Assembly: GCA_002069945.1 (NCBI GenBank)
Contig: MWCH01000001.1
Span: 90,923 to 154,922 of the forward strand
DNA length: 64,000 bases
From: Microgenomates group bacterium ADurb.Bin219
GTDB taxonomy: Bacteria > Patescibacteriota > Microgenomatia > UM-FILTER-40-11
Direction of reading: 5' to 3'
The notes below the pieces were generated by a model. That model ran no database searches. It saw only the letters and a list, made by a program, of their open reading frames with translations, and had not been told where the DNA came from. Of this stretch, positions 10,772-20,971 are shown one piece after another. The translations under genes were made by a program, and so were the position numbers. Position 1 is the first letter of the stretch; the number at the start of each line of letters is the position of its first letter.

Positions 10772-12868
10772 ATGGCACAAATTTTAAAAACAACCGAAAG
10801 AATCGTTTCTTTGGACAAAGTCCGGAATATCGGCATTATCGCCCATATTGATGCCGGCAAAACGACTACGACCGAGCGGATTCTTTTTTATACCGGCAAA
10901 ACCTACAAACTCGGGAATATTGACGAGGGAACGACGGTAACTGATTGGATGCCTCAGGAAAGAGAAAGAGGAATTACCATTGTTTCGGCGGCGATTACGA
11001 CTTTTTGGCAGGATCACCGGATCAATATTATTGATACGCCCGGTCACGTTGATTTTACGGCGGAAGTGGAACGATCTTTGCGGGTATTGGACGGAGCGGT
11101 TATGATTTTTGATGCCGCTTCCGGCGTTCAAAGCCAGTCGGAAACCGTTTGGCACCAGGCGGACAAATATTCCGTTCCCCGATTGATCTTCATGAATAAA
11201 ATGGATGTTTTGGGCGCCGATTTTAAAGCTAGTTTGAAGATGATTAAAGATAGGTTGAGTATTAAACCGGCGGTTATTACTTATCCTATTGGTGCAGAGC
11301 AATCTTTCAAGGGGGTAATTTCTTTATTGGAGAGGAAGGCTTTATTTTGGGAAAAAGATCCATTGGGAATTCAATTTGAAGAAGGGCCGATTCCGTCGGG
11401 GATGGAAACGGAAGTTGAAGCTGCCAGAAGCGATCTAATTGAACAGATTTGCGCGGAGGATGAAGGTCTTTTGGCCCAATATCTTGACGGGAAAGAGCCG
11501 GCCTTGGCAGATTTGAAGAAAGTTTTACGCCAGGCAACCATCAATTTAAAGTTGGTGCCTTTGTTTGTCGGTTCCTCTTTAAGAAATAAAGGGGTTCAAC
11601 CGGTTTTGGACGGAGTGGTAGATTTTCTTCCTTCGCCTTTAGATATTCCGGCGGTAAAAGGAATTAATCCCATTACCGGCCAAGAGGAAGAAAGAGAAAC
11701 CAGAAACGATTCGCCCCTATCTGCCTTGGCTTTTAAAATTCAGGTTGATCCTCATGTCGGGAAATTAACTTATTTGAGGGTTTACTCCGGGACTTTAAAG
11801 TCGGGCAGTTCGGTGATGAATACTTCCAAAAGAAACGAAGAAAGAATCGGCCGGTTGCTTTTAATGCATGCCGACAAAAGAGAGGAAATTACCGAAGCTT
11901 ATGCCGGCGAGATTGTGGCGGCTATCGGTTTGACAAAAACTTCTACGGGTGATACCTTGGCCGATTCCGGGAAACAGATTATTTTGGAATCAATTACTTT
12001 TCCGGAACCTGTTATCTCTTTGGCAATTGAGCCGAAAACGAAGGCCGACCAGGAAAAATTGGGCAATGCTTTAAATCGACTTTCGGAAGAAGATCCTACT
12101 TTTAAAATCAAATCCAATCGCGAAACCGGACAGACTATTATTTCCGGAATGGGCGAATTACATTTGGATATTATTGTCGATCGGATGAAAAGGGAATTCG
12201 GAGTGGAAGCCAATACCGGCGCCCCCCAGGTCGCCTATAAGGAAACGGTCAAGAAAATTGCCAACGGAGAGGGAAAATATATTCATCAGTCCGGCGGTCG
12301 CGGGCAATATGGTCACTGTCTTTTGAGGGTGGAACCGAAAAACCGGGGTGAAGGTTATGAATTTGCCTCGGAAATTAAAGGCGGCGCGATTCCGACGGAA
12401 TTTATTTCTCCGATTGAAAAAGGCGTTAAGGAAGCGATGGAAAATGGCGTGCTGGCCGGTTTTCCCTTGGTGGACATGAAGGTCGTTGTTTATGACGGTA
12501 GTTTCCATGAAGTTGATTCTTCGGAAATTGCTTTTAAAATCGCCGGTTCCATGGCACTTCAGGATGCGGTAAAAAATGCGGATTTGACGTTATTGGAACC
12601 GATTATGAAAGTGGAAGTAACGACACCGGAGGAATTTTTAGGGACGGTTATCGGTGATTTGTCCAGCCGACGGGCTCAAATTTTGGGAACGGAAAACCGC
12701 GGCGCAATGAGGATGATCAAAGCCATGGTTCCTTTATCGGAGATTCCCGGCTATACCACAACCTTAAGAAGCATGACCCAGGGTCGAGCCTCCTATTATA
12801 TGGAACCTTCTCATTATGAAGAGATGCCAAAAAATGTTCAAAGCCAGGTTCTTGCAAAAAAAGCCTGA
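10772..12868 (+). CDS. fusA: Elongation factor G
   Basis: GTPase G1-G4 motifs (AHIDAGKTT, DTPGHVDF, NKMD), 698 aa. Confidence 0.97.
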   Translation: MAQILKTTERIVSLDKVRNIGIIAHIDAGKTTTTERILFYTGKTYKLGNIDEGTTVTDWMPQERERGITIVSAAITTFWQDHRINIIDTPGHVDFTAEVERSLRVLDGAVMIFDAASGVQSQSETVWHQADKYSVPRLIFMNKMDVLGADFKASLKMIKDRLSIKPAVITYPIGAEQSFKGVISLLERKALFWEKDPLGIQFEEGPIPSGMETEVEAARSDLIEQICAEDEGLLAQYLDGKEPALADLKKVLRQATINLKLVPLFVGSSLRNKGVQPVLDGVVDFLPSPLDIPAVKGINPITGQEEERETRNDSPLSALAFKIQVDPHVGKLTYLRVYSGTLKSGSSVMNTSKRNEERIGRLLLMHADKREEITEAYAGEIVAAIGLTKTSTGDTLADSGKQIILESITFPEPVISLAIEPKTKADQEKLGNALNRLSEEDPTFKIKSNRETGQTIISGMGELHLDIIVDRMKREFGVEANTGAPQVAYKETVKKIANGEGKYIHQSGGRGQYGHCLLRVEPKNRGEGYEFASEIKGGAIPTEFISPIEKGVKEAMENGVLAGFPLVDMKVVVYDGSFHEVDSSEIAFKIAGSMALQDAVKNADLTLLEPIMKVEVTTPEEFLGTVIGDLSSRRAQILGTENRGAMRMIKAMVPLSEIPGYTTTLRSMTQGRASYYMEPSHYEEMPKNVQSQVLAKKA

Positions 12869-12924
12869 GTTTGGTATGATTAGAAACACGATTTTAATTT
12901 AAATTTATTATCAAGGAGGAACTT

Positions 12925-14124
12925 ATGGCAGAAACAGCAGGAAAAAAATTTGAGCGGACCAAGCCGCATCTTAATATAGGAACGATTGGTCATGTTGATC
13001 ATGGAAAATCTACTTTAACGGCCGCGATTACCCGCGTACTTTCCAAGCAGCCGGGTAATACAACCAAAGGTTTGGATTTTTTTGAAGTTGACAACGCTCC
13101 GGAAGAAAAGGCCCGCGGTGTCACCATTAATATTCATCACTGCGAGTACGAAACAGAAAAACGCCATTATGCCCACATTGATTGTCCGGGCCATGCCGAT
13201 TTTGTTAAAAACATGATTACCGGCGCTGCTCAGATGGATGGTGCCATTTTGGTTGTTTCGGCTCCGGATGGACCGATGCCCCAAACAAGAGAGCACGTTT
13301 TGTTGGCCCGCCAGGTTAATGTTCCGGCAATTGTCGTCGCTTTAAATAAAGTCGATTTGATTGACGACAAGGAACTTTTGGATCTGGTTGAAATGGAAAT
13401 CCGGGAACTTTTAAAGAAATATCAATTTCCCGGAGACGAAATCCCGATCGTCCGGGTTTCCGCTCTTAAGGCCTTTGAGGGAGATCCCCAAGGAGAGCAA
13501 TCAATTTTGGACTTAATGAAAGCGGTTGACGAATATGTTCCGACTCCGGTCAGAGATCTGGAAAAACCCTTTTTGATGCCGGTCGAAGATGTCTTTTCCA
13601 TTAAAGGAAGAGGAACGGTTGTTACCGGCCGGGTTACCCGCGGCCTTGTTAAGGTTAATGACGAAGTGGAAATTATCGGCCTTAAGCCGACCAAGAAAGT
13701 CGTCGTTACCGGCGTAGAAATGTTCCGCAAGACCTTGGATGAAGGGCAAGCCGGTGACAATGTTGGAGTTTTGCTTAGAGGAATTGAGAAAGACGATGTT
13801 GAGAGAGGTCAAATTTTGGCCAAACCGGGAAGTATTCAGCCTCATACCAAGTTTGAAGCTGAAGTTTACATTTTGACCAAAGAGGAAGGTGGAAGACACA
13901 CTCCTTTCTTTACCGGTTATAGACCTCAATTCTTTATCAGTACGGCTGACGTTACCGGCAATGTTACCTTACCTCAAGGGGTAGAAATGGTGATGCCCGG
14001 TGACAGTGCCAAAATGACGGCGGAATTAATTGTTCCGGTAGCCATGGAAGAAGGTTTGAGGTTTGCTATCAGAGAAGGCGGTCATACTATCGGCGCCGGA
14101 GCGATCTCAAAAATTATCAGTTAA
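12925..14124 (+). CDS. tuf: Elongation factor Tu
   Basis: [22 protein letters not shown]; 399 aa. SD AAGGAGGA upstream. Confidence 0.97.
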   Translation: MAETAGKKFERTKPHLNIGTIGHVDHGKSTLTAAITRVLSKQPGNTTKGLDFFEVDNAPEEKARGVTINIHHCEYETEKRHYAHIDCPGHADFVKNMITGAAQMDGAILVVSAPDGPMPQTREHVLLARQVNVPAIVVALNKVDLIDDKELLDLVEMEIRELLKKYQFPGDEIPIVRVSALKAFEGDPQGEQSILDLMKAVDEYVPTPVRDLEKPFLMPVEDVFSIKGRGTVVTGRVTRGLVKVNDEVEIIGLKPTKKVVVTGVEMFRKTLDEGQAGDNVGVLLRGIEKDDVERGQILAKPGSIQPHTKFEAEVYILTKEEGGRHTPFFTGYRPQFFISTADVTGNVTLPQGVEMVMPGDSAKMTAELIVPVAMEEGLRFAIREGGHTIGAGAISKIIS

Positions 14125-14160
14125 GTAAGTTATTAATTGATTTTTAATTTTGCTTGAGAA

Positions 14161-14198
14161 AATATGGAGCCTGGGAGTCTTAACTCAGGCTCCATATT
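14161..14198 (+). other. Strong 13-15-bp stem-loop downstream of tuf without a U-tract; a processing site or factor-dependent terminator
   Basis: AATATGGAGCCTG(GGAG)...CAGGCTCCATATT is a near-perfect inverted repeat with a 6-8-nt loop. Confidence 0.4.
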
Positions 14199-14236
14199 CA
14201 AGCAGAAAAAGCTGATTAAAAATTAAGAGCAGAAAT

Positions 14237-14545
14237 ATGCCTAAAGGAAGAATCAGGGTACGTTTAAAATCATACGATCATCGGGTTATTGATGAAGCGG
14301 CCGCAAAAATTGTGGATTCGGCTTTATCTTCGGGCGCAAAAGTTTCCGGACCGATTCCTTTACCGACAAAGAGGAAATTGGTGGTGGTTACTTCCAGCCC
14401 CCATGTTGATAAAAATGCCCGGGAGGAATTTCAAATTCTTACTCATCGCCGGTTAATTGATATTTTGGATCCAACCGGCAAGACAATCGAAAGCCTGCAA
14501 AATTTGGATCTGCCGGCCGGCGTGGATATTGAAATCAAGATGTAA
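14237..14545 (+). CDS. rpsJ: 30S ribosomal protein S10
   Basis: [15 protein letters not shown]...PLPTKRK..TV..SPH.DK..REQFE. Confidence 0.95.
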   Translation: MPKGRIRVRLKSYDHRVIDEAAAKIVDSALSSGAKVSGPIPLPTKRKLVVVTSSPHVDKNAREEFQILTHRRLIDILDPTGKTIESLQNLDLPAGVDIEIKM

Positions 14546-14616
14546 TCGACTCCTTCTTCTGGAAAGATTTAATTGATTTTCCTCTGATTGTTTCGGTATA
14601 GTTTCCTGGTTAAAGT

Positions 14617-14627
14617 TGTGATATAAT
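14617..14627 (+). promoter_or_regulatory. Candidate extended -10 promoter (TGTGATATAAT) in the rpsJ-rplC spacer
   Basis: TGtgaTATAAT at 14617-14627. No convincing -35. Low confidence. Confidence 0.25.
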
Positions 14628-14684
14628 CAGCTGCGTGAAGTTAAAACATAATTGAGCCGGGTCACTTTGGCAAAAGGAAAAAGG

Positions 14685-14707
14685 AAGTGCCTGAGGCACT
14701 TTTTTTA
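14685..14707 (+). terminator. Intrinsic terminator or attenuator between rpsJ and rplC
   Basis: GAAGUGCC-UGAG-GCACUU followed by UUUUUUAUU. Confidence 0.55.
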
Positions 14708-14747
14708 TTGTAAATTTTTGTCGATTCATGAAAGTTATAAAAACAAA

Positions 14748-15350
14748 ATGAAAGAAATTATCGGTAAAAAAGGCGAAATGAAGCAAATATTCTCCAAAGA
14801 AGGAGAGAGATTTCCGGTGACGGAAATTATTGCCGGACCCTGCCGGGTTGCTTTTGAAAGAACTAAAGAAAAAGACGGCTATTCGGCCTTAGGCCTGGCT
14901 TGGGAGTCCAAAAAGAAAAAGCCTTTTCTCAAGGAGATCCGGATAGAAGTTGAAGATAGATTGCCCGTTGGTGAAATTGTTACGGCGGAAAAAGTTTTTC
15001 AGGCAGGAGATTTAATTGACGTCAAGGGAAAAAGCAAAGGTCTTGGTTTTGCCGGAGTGGTCAAACGCTATCATTTTAAAGGCGGTCCTCAGACTCACGG
15101 ACAATCCGATCGCGAAAGGGCTCCCGGATCAATCGGTTCTACGACAACTCCGGGAAGGGTGATGAAGGGAAAGAGGATGGCGGGCAAAGAGGGAGATAAA
15201 TACCGAACCGTTAAAAATCTTTTGGTGGTTATGGTTGATAGGGAGACAAACAAAATTTTGGTCAAGGGAGCAATCCCCGGGAAAAAGAATGATTTCGTTA
15301 TTTTAAAAAAGGTGGGGAATGATCCCCGATTTAAAGCCGAAATTATCTGA
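14748..15350 (+). CDS. rplC: 50S ribosomal protein L3
   Basis: MKEIIGKKGEMKQIF...VTEIIAGPC matches the L3 N-terminus. The ORF-finder start at 14652 adds a non-homologous 32 aa. Confidence 0.9.
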   Translation: MKEIIGKKGEMKQIFSKEGERFPVTEIIAGPCRVAFERTKEKDGYSALGLAWESKKKKPFLKEIRIEVEDRLPVGEIVTAEKVFQAGDLIDVKGKSKGLGFAGVVKRYHFKGGPQTHGQSDRERAPGSIGSTTTPGRVMKGKRMAGKEGDKYRTVKNLLVVMVDRETNKILVKGAIPGKKNDFVILKKVGNDPRFKAEII

Positions 15351-15370
15351 ATTTAAACATTATTTAAACG

Positions 15371-16123
15371 ATGAAGGCAAAAGTTTATAATCTTAAATCT
15401 CTTGAATCCGAAAGTAAGGAATTACCGGAACAAATTTTTGGTCTTAAAAAAAATCCCGTATTGCTTGCTCGGGCGGTTAGGGTTTATTTGGCCAACCAAA
15501 GAAAGTCGCGAGCCAGAGCTAAGACCAGGGCCGATATTTCCGGTTCGGGTAAGAAAATCTGGCGGCAGAAAGGAACCGGCCGCGCCCGGCACGGAGATCG
15601 CTATTCGCCGATATTTGTCGGCGGAGGAGCAGCCCATGGTCCGACCGGAAAGGAAAATTGGCAGCTTTCCCTACCTAAGCAATTGAGAACGAAAGCCTTG
15701 TTTTTAGCTTTAAGCGCCAAATTGGCGGAAGGAAATTTGTTTTTTGTAAATAGTTTTGCGGATTTGGGGTCAAAGACAAAAACGGCAGCGCTTTTATTTT
15801 CCGGACTGTTAGTGAAAGTTGCCGATTTAAAAAAAGATTGGCAGGATTTTGATTTATGTCTGGTGGCTGCCAAATCAGATGCCGATTGGTTAAGATCGGT
15901 GGCCAATCTTAAAAACGTTCAGGTCTTAAAAGCCGATAATCTTAACGCTTACGAAGTATTGAATAACGATTTTTTGATTATTGAAAGCGATTCGTTGCCC
16001 GTTATAAAAAAAGGTCGATCGGTTGCCAAAGAGCTTGAGGTTGAGGCAGGTGAAGAAAAGAAAATAAAAAAAGTTGCCCGAAAAACGGTTAAAAAAACAA
16101 GCATAACGAAGAAAAATGGCTAA
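15371..16123 (+). CDS. rplD: 50S ribosomal protein L4, with Lys-rich C-terminal extension
   Basis: L4 core (RQKGTGRARHG); 250 aa. Confidence 0.9.
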   Translation: MKAKVYNLKSLESESKELPEQIFGLKKNPVLLARAVRVYLANQRKSRARAKTRADISGSGKKIWRQKGTGRARHGDRYSPIFVGGGAAHGPTGKENWQLSLPKQLRTKALFLALSAKLAEGNLFFVNSFADLGSKTKTAALLFSGLLVKVADLKKDWQDFDLCLVAAKSDADWLRSVANLKNVQVLKADNLNAYEVLNNDFLIIESDSLPVIKKGRSVAKELEVEAGEEKKIKKVARKTVKKTSITKKNG

Positions 16124-16454
16124 AATTGAAAAAGCAAATAATTTAGATTCTGTTTCGGAAATTAAAGTTAAGCCGCTGATTACGGAGAAATCATTTGATA
16201 AAGCAAATAAGGGCTGGTATTCGTTTTTGGTGGAAAAGAAAGTTAATAAAAATCAGGCAAGAAAAGCAATTGAGAAGACTTTTTCCGTCAGCGTTACGGG
16301 AATAAGATCGGTAGTTAAAAAAGGTAAAAACAAACGATCTTGGAAGACCAGGAGATTAAGTCGGCAAAACGACAGTAAAAAAATCATGGTTAAATTGGCG
16401 AAAGATCAAAAAATTGAAATTTTTGAAACCGGAGGACAAGCGGCAAAACAGTAA
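16116..16454 (+). CDS. rplW: 50S ribosomal protein L23
   Basis: KPLITEKS...YSFLV...A.K.QAR.A.E. pattern; overlaps the rplD end. Confidence 0.88.
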   Translation: MAKIEKANNLDSVSEIKVKPLITEKSFDKANKGWYSFLVEKKVNKNQARKAIEKTFSVSVTGIRSVVKKGKNKRSWKTRRLSRQNDSKKIMVKLAKDQKIEIFETGGQAAKQ

Positions 16455-16458
16455 AAAA

Positions 16459-17211
16459 ATGAGTCGTCAAGAAAGAAAATTGAAAAAAATCTTAAAAAGA
16501 TCCGGCGGTAGGGGTTCGAACGGAACGATTTCCGTTCGTCATCAGGGTGGCGGCAGTAAGAGATTTCTCCGGACAATTGATTGGAAAAGAAGCAAAACCG
16601 ATTTACCGGCAAGGGTTTTGGGTATTGAGTATGACCCAAATCGCAATGCCGATTTGGCTTTATTACAATATAGTGACGGAGAGAGAAGCTATATTTTAAG
16701 GCCCGAGGGTTTAAAGGTCGGTGATTCGGTTATTTCCGGAGAGAACGTAGAAATCAAAGTCGGCAATTGTCTTCCTTTGGTCAAAATTCCGGTAGGAATG
16801 GCGATACATTGTTTGGAGATAATTCCCGGTAAGGGCGCTCAATTGGTTCGTGGGGCCGGCGGAGCAGCTTATATCATGTCTCGCGAAGGCGGTTTAGTTA
16901 CCGTTAAATTGCCTTCCGGAGAAATCAGACTTTTTCCGGAAACAGGGAAGGCGACTATCGGTCAGTTGGGTAATCTTGATTGGAAAACAAGGATAATCGG
17001 AACCGCCGGTCGGAAGATTCGGATGGGTATTCGACCAACAGTCAGAGGAGTTGTTCAGGATCCCCGTTCCCATCCGCATGGAGGAGGTAACGGCCGTTCG
17101 GGAATTGGTATGCCTTCTCCGGTCACTCCTTGGGGCAAAAAGACCTTGGGGTTTAAAACTAGGAAGTCAAAAAAATATTCCGATAAATTAATAGTTAAAA
17201 GAAGGAGGTAA
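16459..17211 (+). CDS. rplB: 50S ribosomal protein L2. The ATG at 16459 is preferred over the upstream in-frame start at 16414, which overlaps rplW.
   Basis: [20 protein letters not shown] and GKAT.GQLGN motifs. Confidence 0.9.
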   Translation: MSRQERKLKKILKRSGGRGSNGTISVRHQGGGSKRFLRTIDWKRSKTDLPARVLGIEYDPNRNADLALLQYSDGERSYILRPEGLKVGDSVISGENVEIKVGNCLPLVKIPVGMAIHCLEIIPGKGAQLVRGAGGAAYIMSREGGLVTVKLPSGEIRLFPETGKATIGQLGNLDWKTRIIGTAGRKIRMGIRPTVRGVVQDPRSHPHGGGNGRSGIGMPSPVTPWGKKTLGFKTRKSKKYSDKLIVKRRR

Positions 17212-17301
17212 TGTTTTTGTCTTGGTGAGTAACAGGTAAACAGCCGGTTTGTTTAAAATTTAAAAACCAAAACCGGTAACCAAAAACAAGAACTTGATAC
17301 C

Positions 17302-17586
17302 ATGTCCAGAAGTTCAAAAAAAGGTCCTTATATAGATCAAAAATTGTTAAAAAAAGTATTGGCTCAAAAACAATCCGGAAAAAAAGAGACTTTAAAAACG
17401 TGGGCAAGAAGATCGCAAATCCCGCCGGAATTTGTCGGCTATACTTTTGGCGTTCATAACGGCCATGTTTTTATTGATGTTTTTGTTACCGAGGAAATGG
17501 TCGGTCACCGTTTGGGCGAATTTTCTCCGACGAGAACTTTTAGAGGACACGGAAAAATTGTTAAAAGAGTTTTGGAAAAAACTTAA
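17302..17586 (+). CDS. rpsS: 30S ribosomal protein S19
   Basis: [14 protein letters not shown]...[39 protein letters not shown]. Confidence 0.95.
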   Translation: MSRSSKKGPYIDQKLLKKVLAQKQSGKKETLKTWARRSQIPPEFVGYTFGVHNGHVFIDVFVTEEMVGHRLGEFSPTRTFRGHGKIVKRVLEKT

Positions 17587-17995
17587 TATGATAATTAAAG
17601 CAAGCGGAAAATATTTGAGGGGCAGTCCCCGAAAGGCCAGATTGGTGGCCAAAAGCGTTATCGGTTTAACGGCCGGAAAGGCTGTGGCTAAATTACGGTT
17701 CATGACTAAACGGCCGGCCGATTTGATTTTAAAAGTTGTTCTTCAAGGAGTGGCCAATGCCAAAAATAATTTGAAATTGGCCAAACCGGAAGAGATAAAG
17801 ATTGTCAATATTTTGGTTGACGAAGGCCCGCGGATGAAAAGACAGGATCGCTCTCACGGGGCAAGATTTGACAGCGGAATTATCAGGAAAAGATTTTACC
17901 ATTTAACCGTTATTTTTGAAAGCAAAGAGGAGGCAGTTCTTCCTGCGCCGGAATCAATTAAACTGGCCGGAGAACTTAAAAAAAGTGGGCAATAA
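17587..17995 (+). CDS. rplV: 50S ribosomal protein L22, with C-terminal extension
   Basis: MIIKASGKYLRGSPRKARLVA...GPRMKR. The 187-aa ORF from 17432 is an artefactual N-terminal extension through rpsS. Confidence 0.88.
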
Positions 17996-18629
17996 AGTTA
18001 ATCCAAGCGTTTTTAGATTGGGTGTAATTTACGATTGGAAGGCTCGTTGGTATGGCCGGAAAACTAATTATCAAAAATATCTTTTGGAAGATGTTAAAAT
18101 CAGAAAATTGCTTTTCCGGAAATTGCAGTTGGCGGGAATCGTTTCCGTAGAAATTGAAAGATCAATTAATAAAATCAGAATTATAATTGCCGTTTCCCGT
18201 CCGGGTGTTGTTATCGGCCGCGGCGGTTCCGGCTTGGAAGAACTGAAAAAAGAACTGGTAAAGTTAATTTCTATTCCCAATCCGGAGAAAAATCTGGAAA
18301 TTATTGCTCAAGAAGTAAAAAGTCCTGATTTATCCGCCTATTTTGTTGCGCAAAGGATTGCCGAGCAGGTTGAAAAAAGGATGTCTCCCCGGAGAATCGT
18401 TCAAAAAACGATTGCCCGGGTAATGTCCGCCGGAGCGAAAGGGATTAAAGTTATTTTTACCGGAAGAATTGATGGAGCGGAAATTGCCCGGCGTCAGACT
18501 TTTTCCGAAGGTAAAATCCCGCTTTCTACCTTAAGAGCGGATGTTGATTACGCCAGTTGTCCGGCCCTAACCAGATCAGGATACGTAGGTATTAAAGTTT
18601 GGATTTATAAAGGAGAAAAAAGTGTTTGA
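17985..18629 (+). CDS. rpsC: 30S ribosomal protein S3 (GTG start)
   Basis: VGNKVNPSVFRLGV... matches the S3 N-terminus; KH and C-terminal domains present. Confidence 0.88.
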   Translation: MGNKVNPSVFRLGVIYDWKARWYGRKTNYQKYLLEDVKIRKLLFRKLQLAGIVSVEIERSINKIRIIIAVSRPGVVIGRGGSGLEELKKELVKLISIPNPEKNLEIIAQEVKSPDLSAYFVAQRIAEQVEKRMSPRRIVQKTIARVMSAGAKGIKVIFTGRIDGAEIARRQTFSEGKIPLSTLRADVDYASCPALTRSGYVGIKVWIYKGEKSV

Positions 18630-19032
18630 ACCAAAAAAACAAAAATATCGCAAATGCTTTCGCGGGAAGATGAGAGGCTTTGCCTATAACGGCAGCGACT
18701 TAAATTTTGGAGAATTTGGTTTGCGGTCTTTTGGCCGGGGCTGGTTGACCGGAGCTCAAATTGAAGCGGCCAGAAAGGCAATTACCCATTACACCAAAAG
18801 AGGCGGTAAAATTTGGGTCAGAGTTTTCCCGGACAAACCGGTTTCCGGTAAAAGCGCCGGAGTAAGAATGGGTGGAGGAAAAGGAGAAAATAAAGAGTTT
18901 GTGGCGGTAATCAAACCCGGAAGAATTATTTTTGAGTTAACAGGGGTTCCTTTAAAAGACGCCCAGAAAGCCTTAAAACTGGCGGCGGCCAAATTGCCTT
19001 TTCCGGTTAAGTTTGTCTCAAAAAATCAATAA
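18622..19032 (+). CDS. rplP: 50S ribosomal protein L16
   Basis: PKKQKYRK..RG...G..L.FG..GL. Confidence 0.95.
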   Translation: MFEPKKQKYRKCFRGKMRGFAYNGSDLNFGEFGLRSFGRGWLTGAQIEAARKAITHYTKRGGKIWVRVFPDKPVSGKSAGVRMGGGKGENKEFVAVIKPGRIIFELTGVPLKDAQKALKLAAAKLPFPVKFVSKNQ

Positions 19033-19052
19033 TATAATCAAAAAATTAAAAA

Positions 19053-19298
19053 ATGAAGAAAAAAGAATTTGATCAGCTTAAAGGAATGAGTCTGTCGGAA
19101 CTAAAGGAAAAAATGATGAAAGAAAAAAATGAGGCGGCCAAAATCCGTCTTGAAATTGGCCAAGGAAAAGTCAAAAATGTTCATGGCTACTTGGCAAAGA
19201 GAAAGGAAATTGCTAAAATATTAACCTTGATTTCCGAGAAATCACTTCTTCCGGTTAAGGAAGAAGAATCTCGGATTGAAAAAAGGATGGAAAAATGA
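19053..19298 (+). CDS. rpmC: 50S ribosomal protein L29 (extended)
   Basis: LKGMSLSELKEK...LRLE...GKVKN.H. Confidence 0.88.
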   Translation: MKKKEFDQLKGMSLSELKEKMMKEKNEAAKIRLEIGQGKVKNVHGYLAKRKEIAKILTLISEKSLLPVKEEESRIEKRMEK

Positions 19299-19522
19299 AA
19301 ATTTTTATCGGGAAAATTATCAGCAATAAAATGAATCGGGCGGCGATTGTGGAAGTGTCTTTCGTCAAAAAACACCCTTTATACCATAAAAGGATGCAAA
19401 TCAAAAGAAAAATTCATGCCCAAAATTTAATTGGCGCCAAAAACGGAGATTTAGTAAAAATTACAGAATGTCGTCCGTTAAGCAAAACGATTTCTTTTAA
19501 AATACAGGAGGTTGTTTCATGA
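19295..19522 (+). CDS. rpsQ: 30S ribosomal protein S17
   Basis: GKIISNKMNRAAIVEV...KHPLYHKR...KI.A. Confidence 0.92.
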   Translation: MKIFIGKIISNKMNRAAIVEVSFVKKHPLYHKRMQIKRKIHAQNLIGAKNGDLVKITECRPLSKTISFKIQEVVS

Positions 19523-19887
19523 TCCAATTAAGAACAGTTTTGACACCGGCGGATAACTGCGGCGCCAAGTCAATAAAAGTAATTCATGTTTACGGCGGTT
19601 CCAAAAGAACTTACGGAAGCGTCGGCGATGTTGTTGCCGGAGTTGTTGATCAGGCTTTGCCGACCGGAGTGGTTAAAGATGCGGAGATAGTCAGAGTAGT
19701 TATTGTCAGAACCAATAAAGAATTTTCCCGGAAAGACGGAACCTATGTTCGGTTTGATGACAACGCGGGCGTGATAATTGATAAAACCGGCAATCCTCGG
19801 GGAACCAGGGTTTTCGGACCGATTGCCCGGGAAATTAAAGAAAAAGGTTATTCCAAGATTGCTTCCATGGCGAAAGAGGTTATTTAA
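19519..19887 (+). CDS. rplN: 50S ribosomal protein L14
   Basis: MIQLRTVL.PADN.GAK.I.VI.V.GGS. Confidence 0.95.
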   Translation: MIQLRTVLTPADNCGAKSIKVIHVYGGSKRTYGSVGDVVAGVVDQALPTGVVKDAEIVRVVIVRTNKEFSRKDGTYVRFDDNAGVIIDKTGNPRGTRVFGPIAREIKEKGYSKIASMAKEVI

Positions 19888-19896
19888 AAAAGAAAA

Positions 19897-20208
19897 ATGA
19901 AAATTAAAAAAGGCGACAAAGTAGTCATTACCCGGGGTAAAGATAAAGGCAAAAAAACCTCAGTGGAAAAGGTTTTTCCCGGAGAAGCCAAGGTTTTATT
20001 GACCGGAGCCAATTTATTCAAAAAACATTTGAAACCCCGCGGTGAAGGTAAGCCGGGGGGAATTATTGATGTCGGCCGGCCATTATCGGTTAGCAGTCTT
20101 GCTTTGATTTGTCCGAAATGCAATCAGCCAACCAGAATCGGCTATTTGTTGTCAAAAAACAATAAAGAAAAGACCCGAATTTGCCGCAAGTGTAAAAATC
20201 AGATTTAA
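19897..20208 (+). CDS. rplX: 50S ribosomal protein L24 with an acquired C-terminal C4 zinc ribbon
   Basis: KOW motif KIKKGDKVVITRGKDKGKK, then CPKCNQPT...RICRKCKNQ replacing the usual non-Cys tail. Confidence 0.88.
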   Translation: MKIKKGDKVVITRGKDKGKKTSVEKVFPGEAKVLLTGANLFKKHLKPRGEGKPGGIIDVGRPLSVSSLALICPKCNQPTRIGYLLSKNNKEKTRICRKCKNQI

Positions 20209-20225
20209 AGAAAAAAGAAAAAAAT

Positions 20226-20780
20226 ATGGATAAAGAAGAAAAATTATCAACAAAATATCAGAAGGAAATCAGGCCAAAGTTGCAGAAAGAATTTGGCTTG
20301 GCCAATTTTTTGGCCGCGCCTCGTCTTAAAAAAGTGGTTGTCTCAATGGGAGTGAAAGAAGGAGCCAAAGATAAAGGTATTATTGAAAAAGCCAAGGGTC
20401 AGTTGGCGGCCATAACCGGACAAAACCCAAAGGTTTGTCGGGCGAAAAAATCAATCGCCGCTTTTAATTTGGCGGTGGCCAGCCCGATCGGGTTGACGGT
20501 AACTTTAAGAGGGGAAAAGATGTTTAATTTTTTGGAAAAGCTGATGGGTATTGTCTTGCCCAGGACCAGGGATTTCCACGGAGTTCCCGTGACCGGATTT
20601 GATAAAAATAATAATTATTCCCTTGGGATCAGAGAGATGGTTATTTTTCCCGAAGTAGATTATACTCAATTGGATAAAAATCGAGGGCTGGAAGTCACCT
20701 TTGTTCTTGAGTCGGCAGACCAAATTCAATCAAGAAGATTATTAGAAGAATTGGGAATGCCCTTTGTTAAAAATAATTAA
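20226..20780 (+). CDS. rplE: 50S ribosomal protein L5
   Basis: L5 core (PRLKKVV.SMGV, RDFHG). Confidence 0.95.
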   Translation: MDKEEKLSTKYQKEIRPKLQKEFGLANFLAAPRLKKVVVSMGVKEGAKDKGIIEKAKGQLAAITGQNPKVCRAKKSIAAFNLAVASPIGLTVTLRGEKMFNFLEKLMGIVLPRTRDFHGVPVTGFDKNNNYSLGIREMVIFPEVDYTQLDKNRGLEVTFVLESADQIQSRRLLEELGMPFVKNN

Positions 20781-20785
20781 AAAAT

Positions 20786-20971
20786 ATGGCCAGAGTCGCA
20801 AAATTTGTAAAACAAAAGAAAAGTCCGAAATTTAGTTCCCGTTTTCGGAATCGTTGTCATTTGTGCGGACGGTCGAGAGGTTATTTAAGAATGTTTGGTG
20901 TCTGCCGGCTTTGTTTTCGGGAATTGGCCCATAAGGGTGAACTGCCGGGGATTACCAGGGCAAGTTGGTAA
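20786..20971 (+). CDS. rpsN: 30S ribosomal protein S14 type Z (zinc-binding, 61 aa)
   Basis: CHLCGRSRGYLRMFGVCRLCFRELA. Confidence 0.92.
   Translation: MARVAKFVKQKKSPKFSSRFRNRCHLCGRSRGYLRMFGVCRLCFRELAHKGELPGITRASW

Noticed and set aside
10784-13929. Long minus-strand ORFs antisense to fusA and tuf (for example 10784..11302 and 13513..13929)
   Set aside because: They are antisense shadows of highly conserved genes with no homology of their own.
16414-16458. Upstream in-frame start for rplB overlapping rplW by 41 nt
   Set aside because: The ATG at 16459 follows the rplW stop directly and removes an unsupported N-terminal extension. The choice remains uncertain.
17432-17995. 187-aa ORF read as a single protein spanning the rpsS 3' end and rplV
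   Set aside because: Homology to L22 begins at MIIKASGKYLRG (ATG at 17587). The upstream part is an out-of-frame overlap with rpsS.
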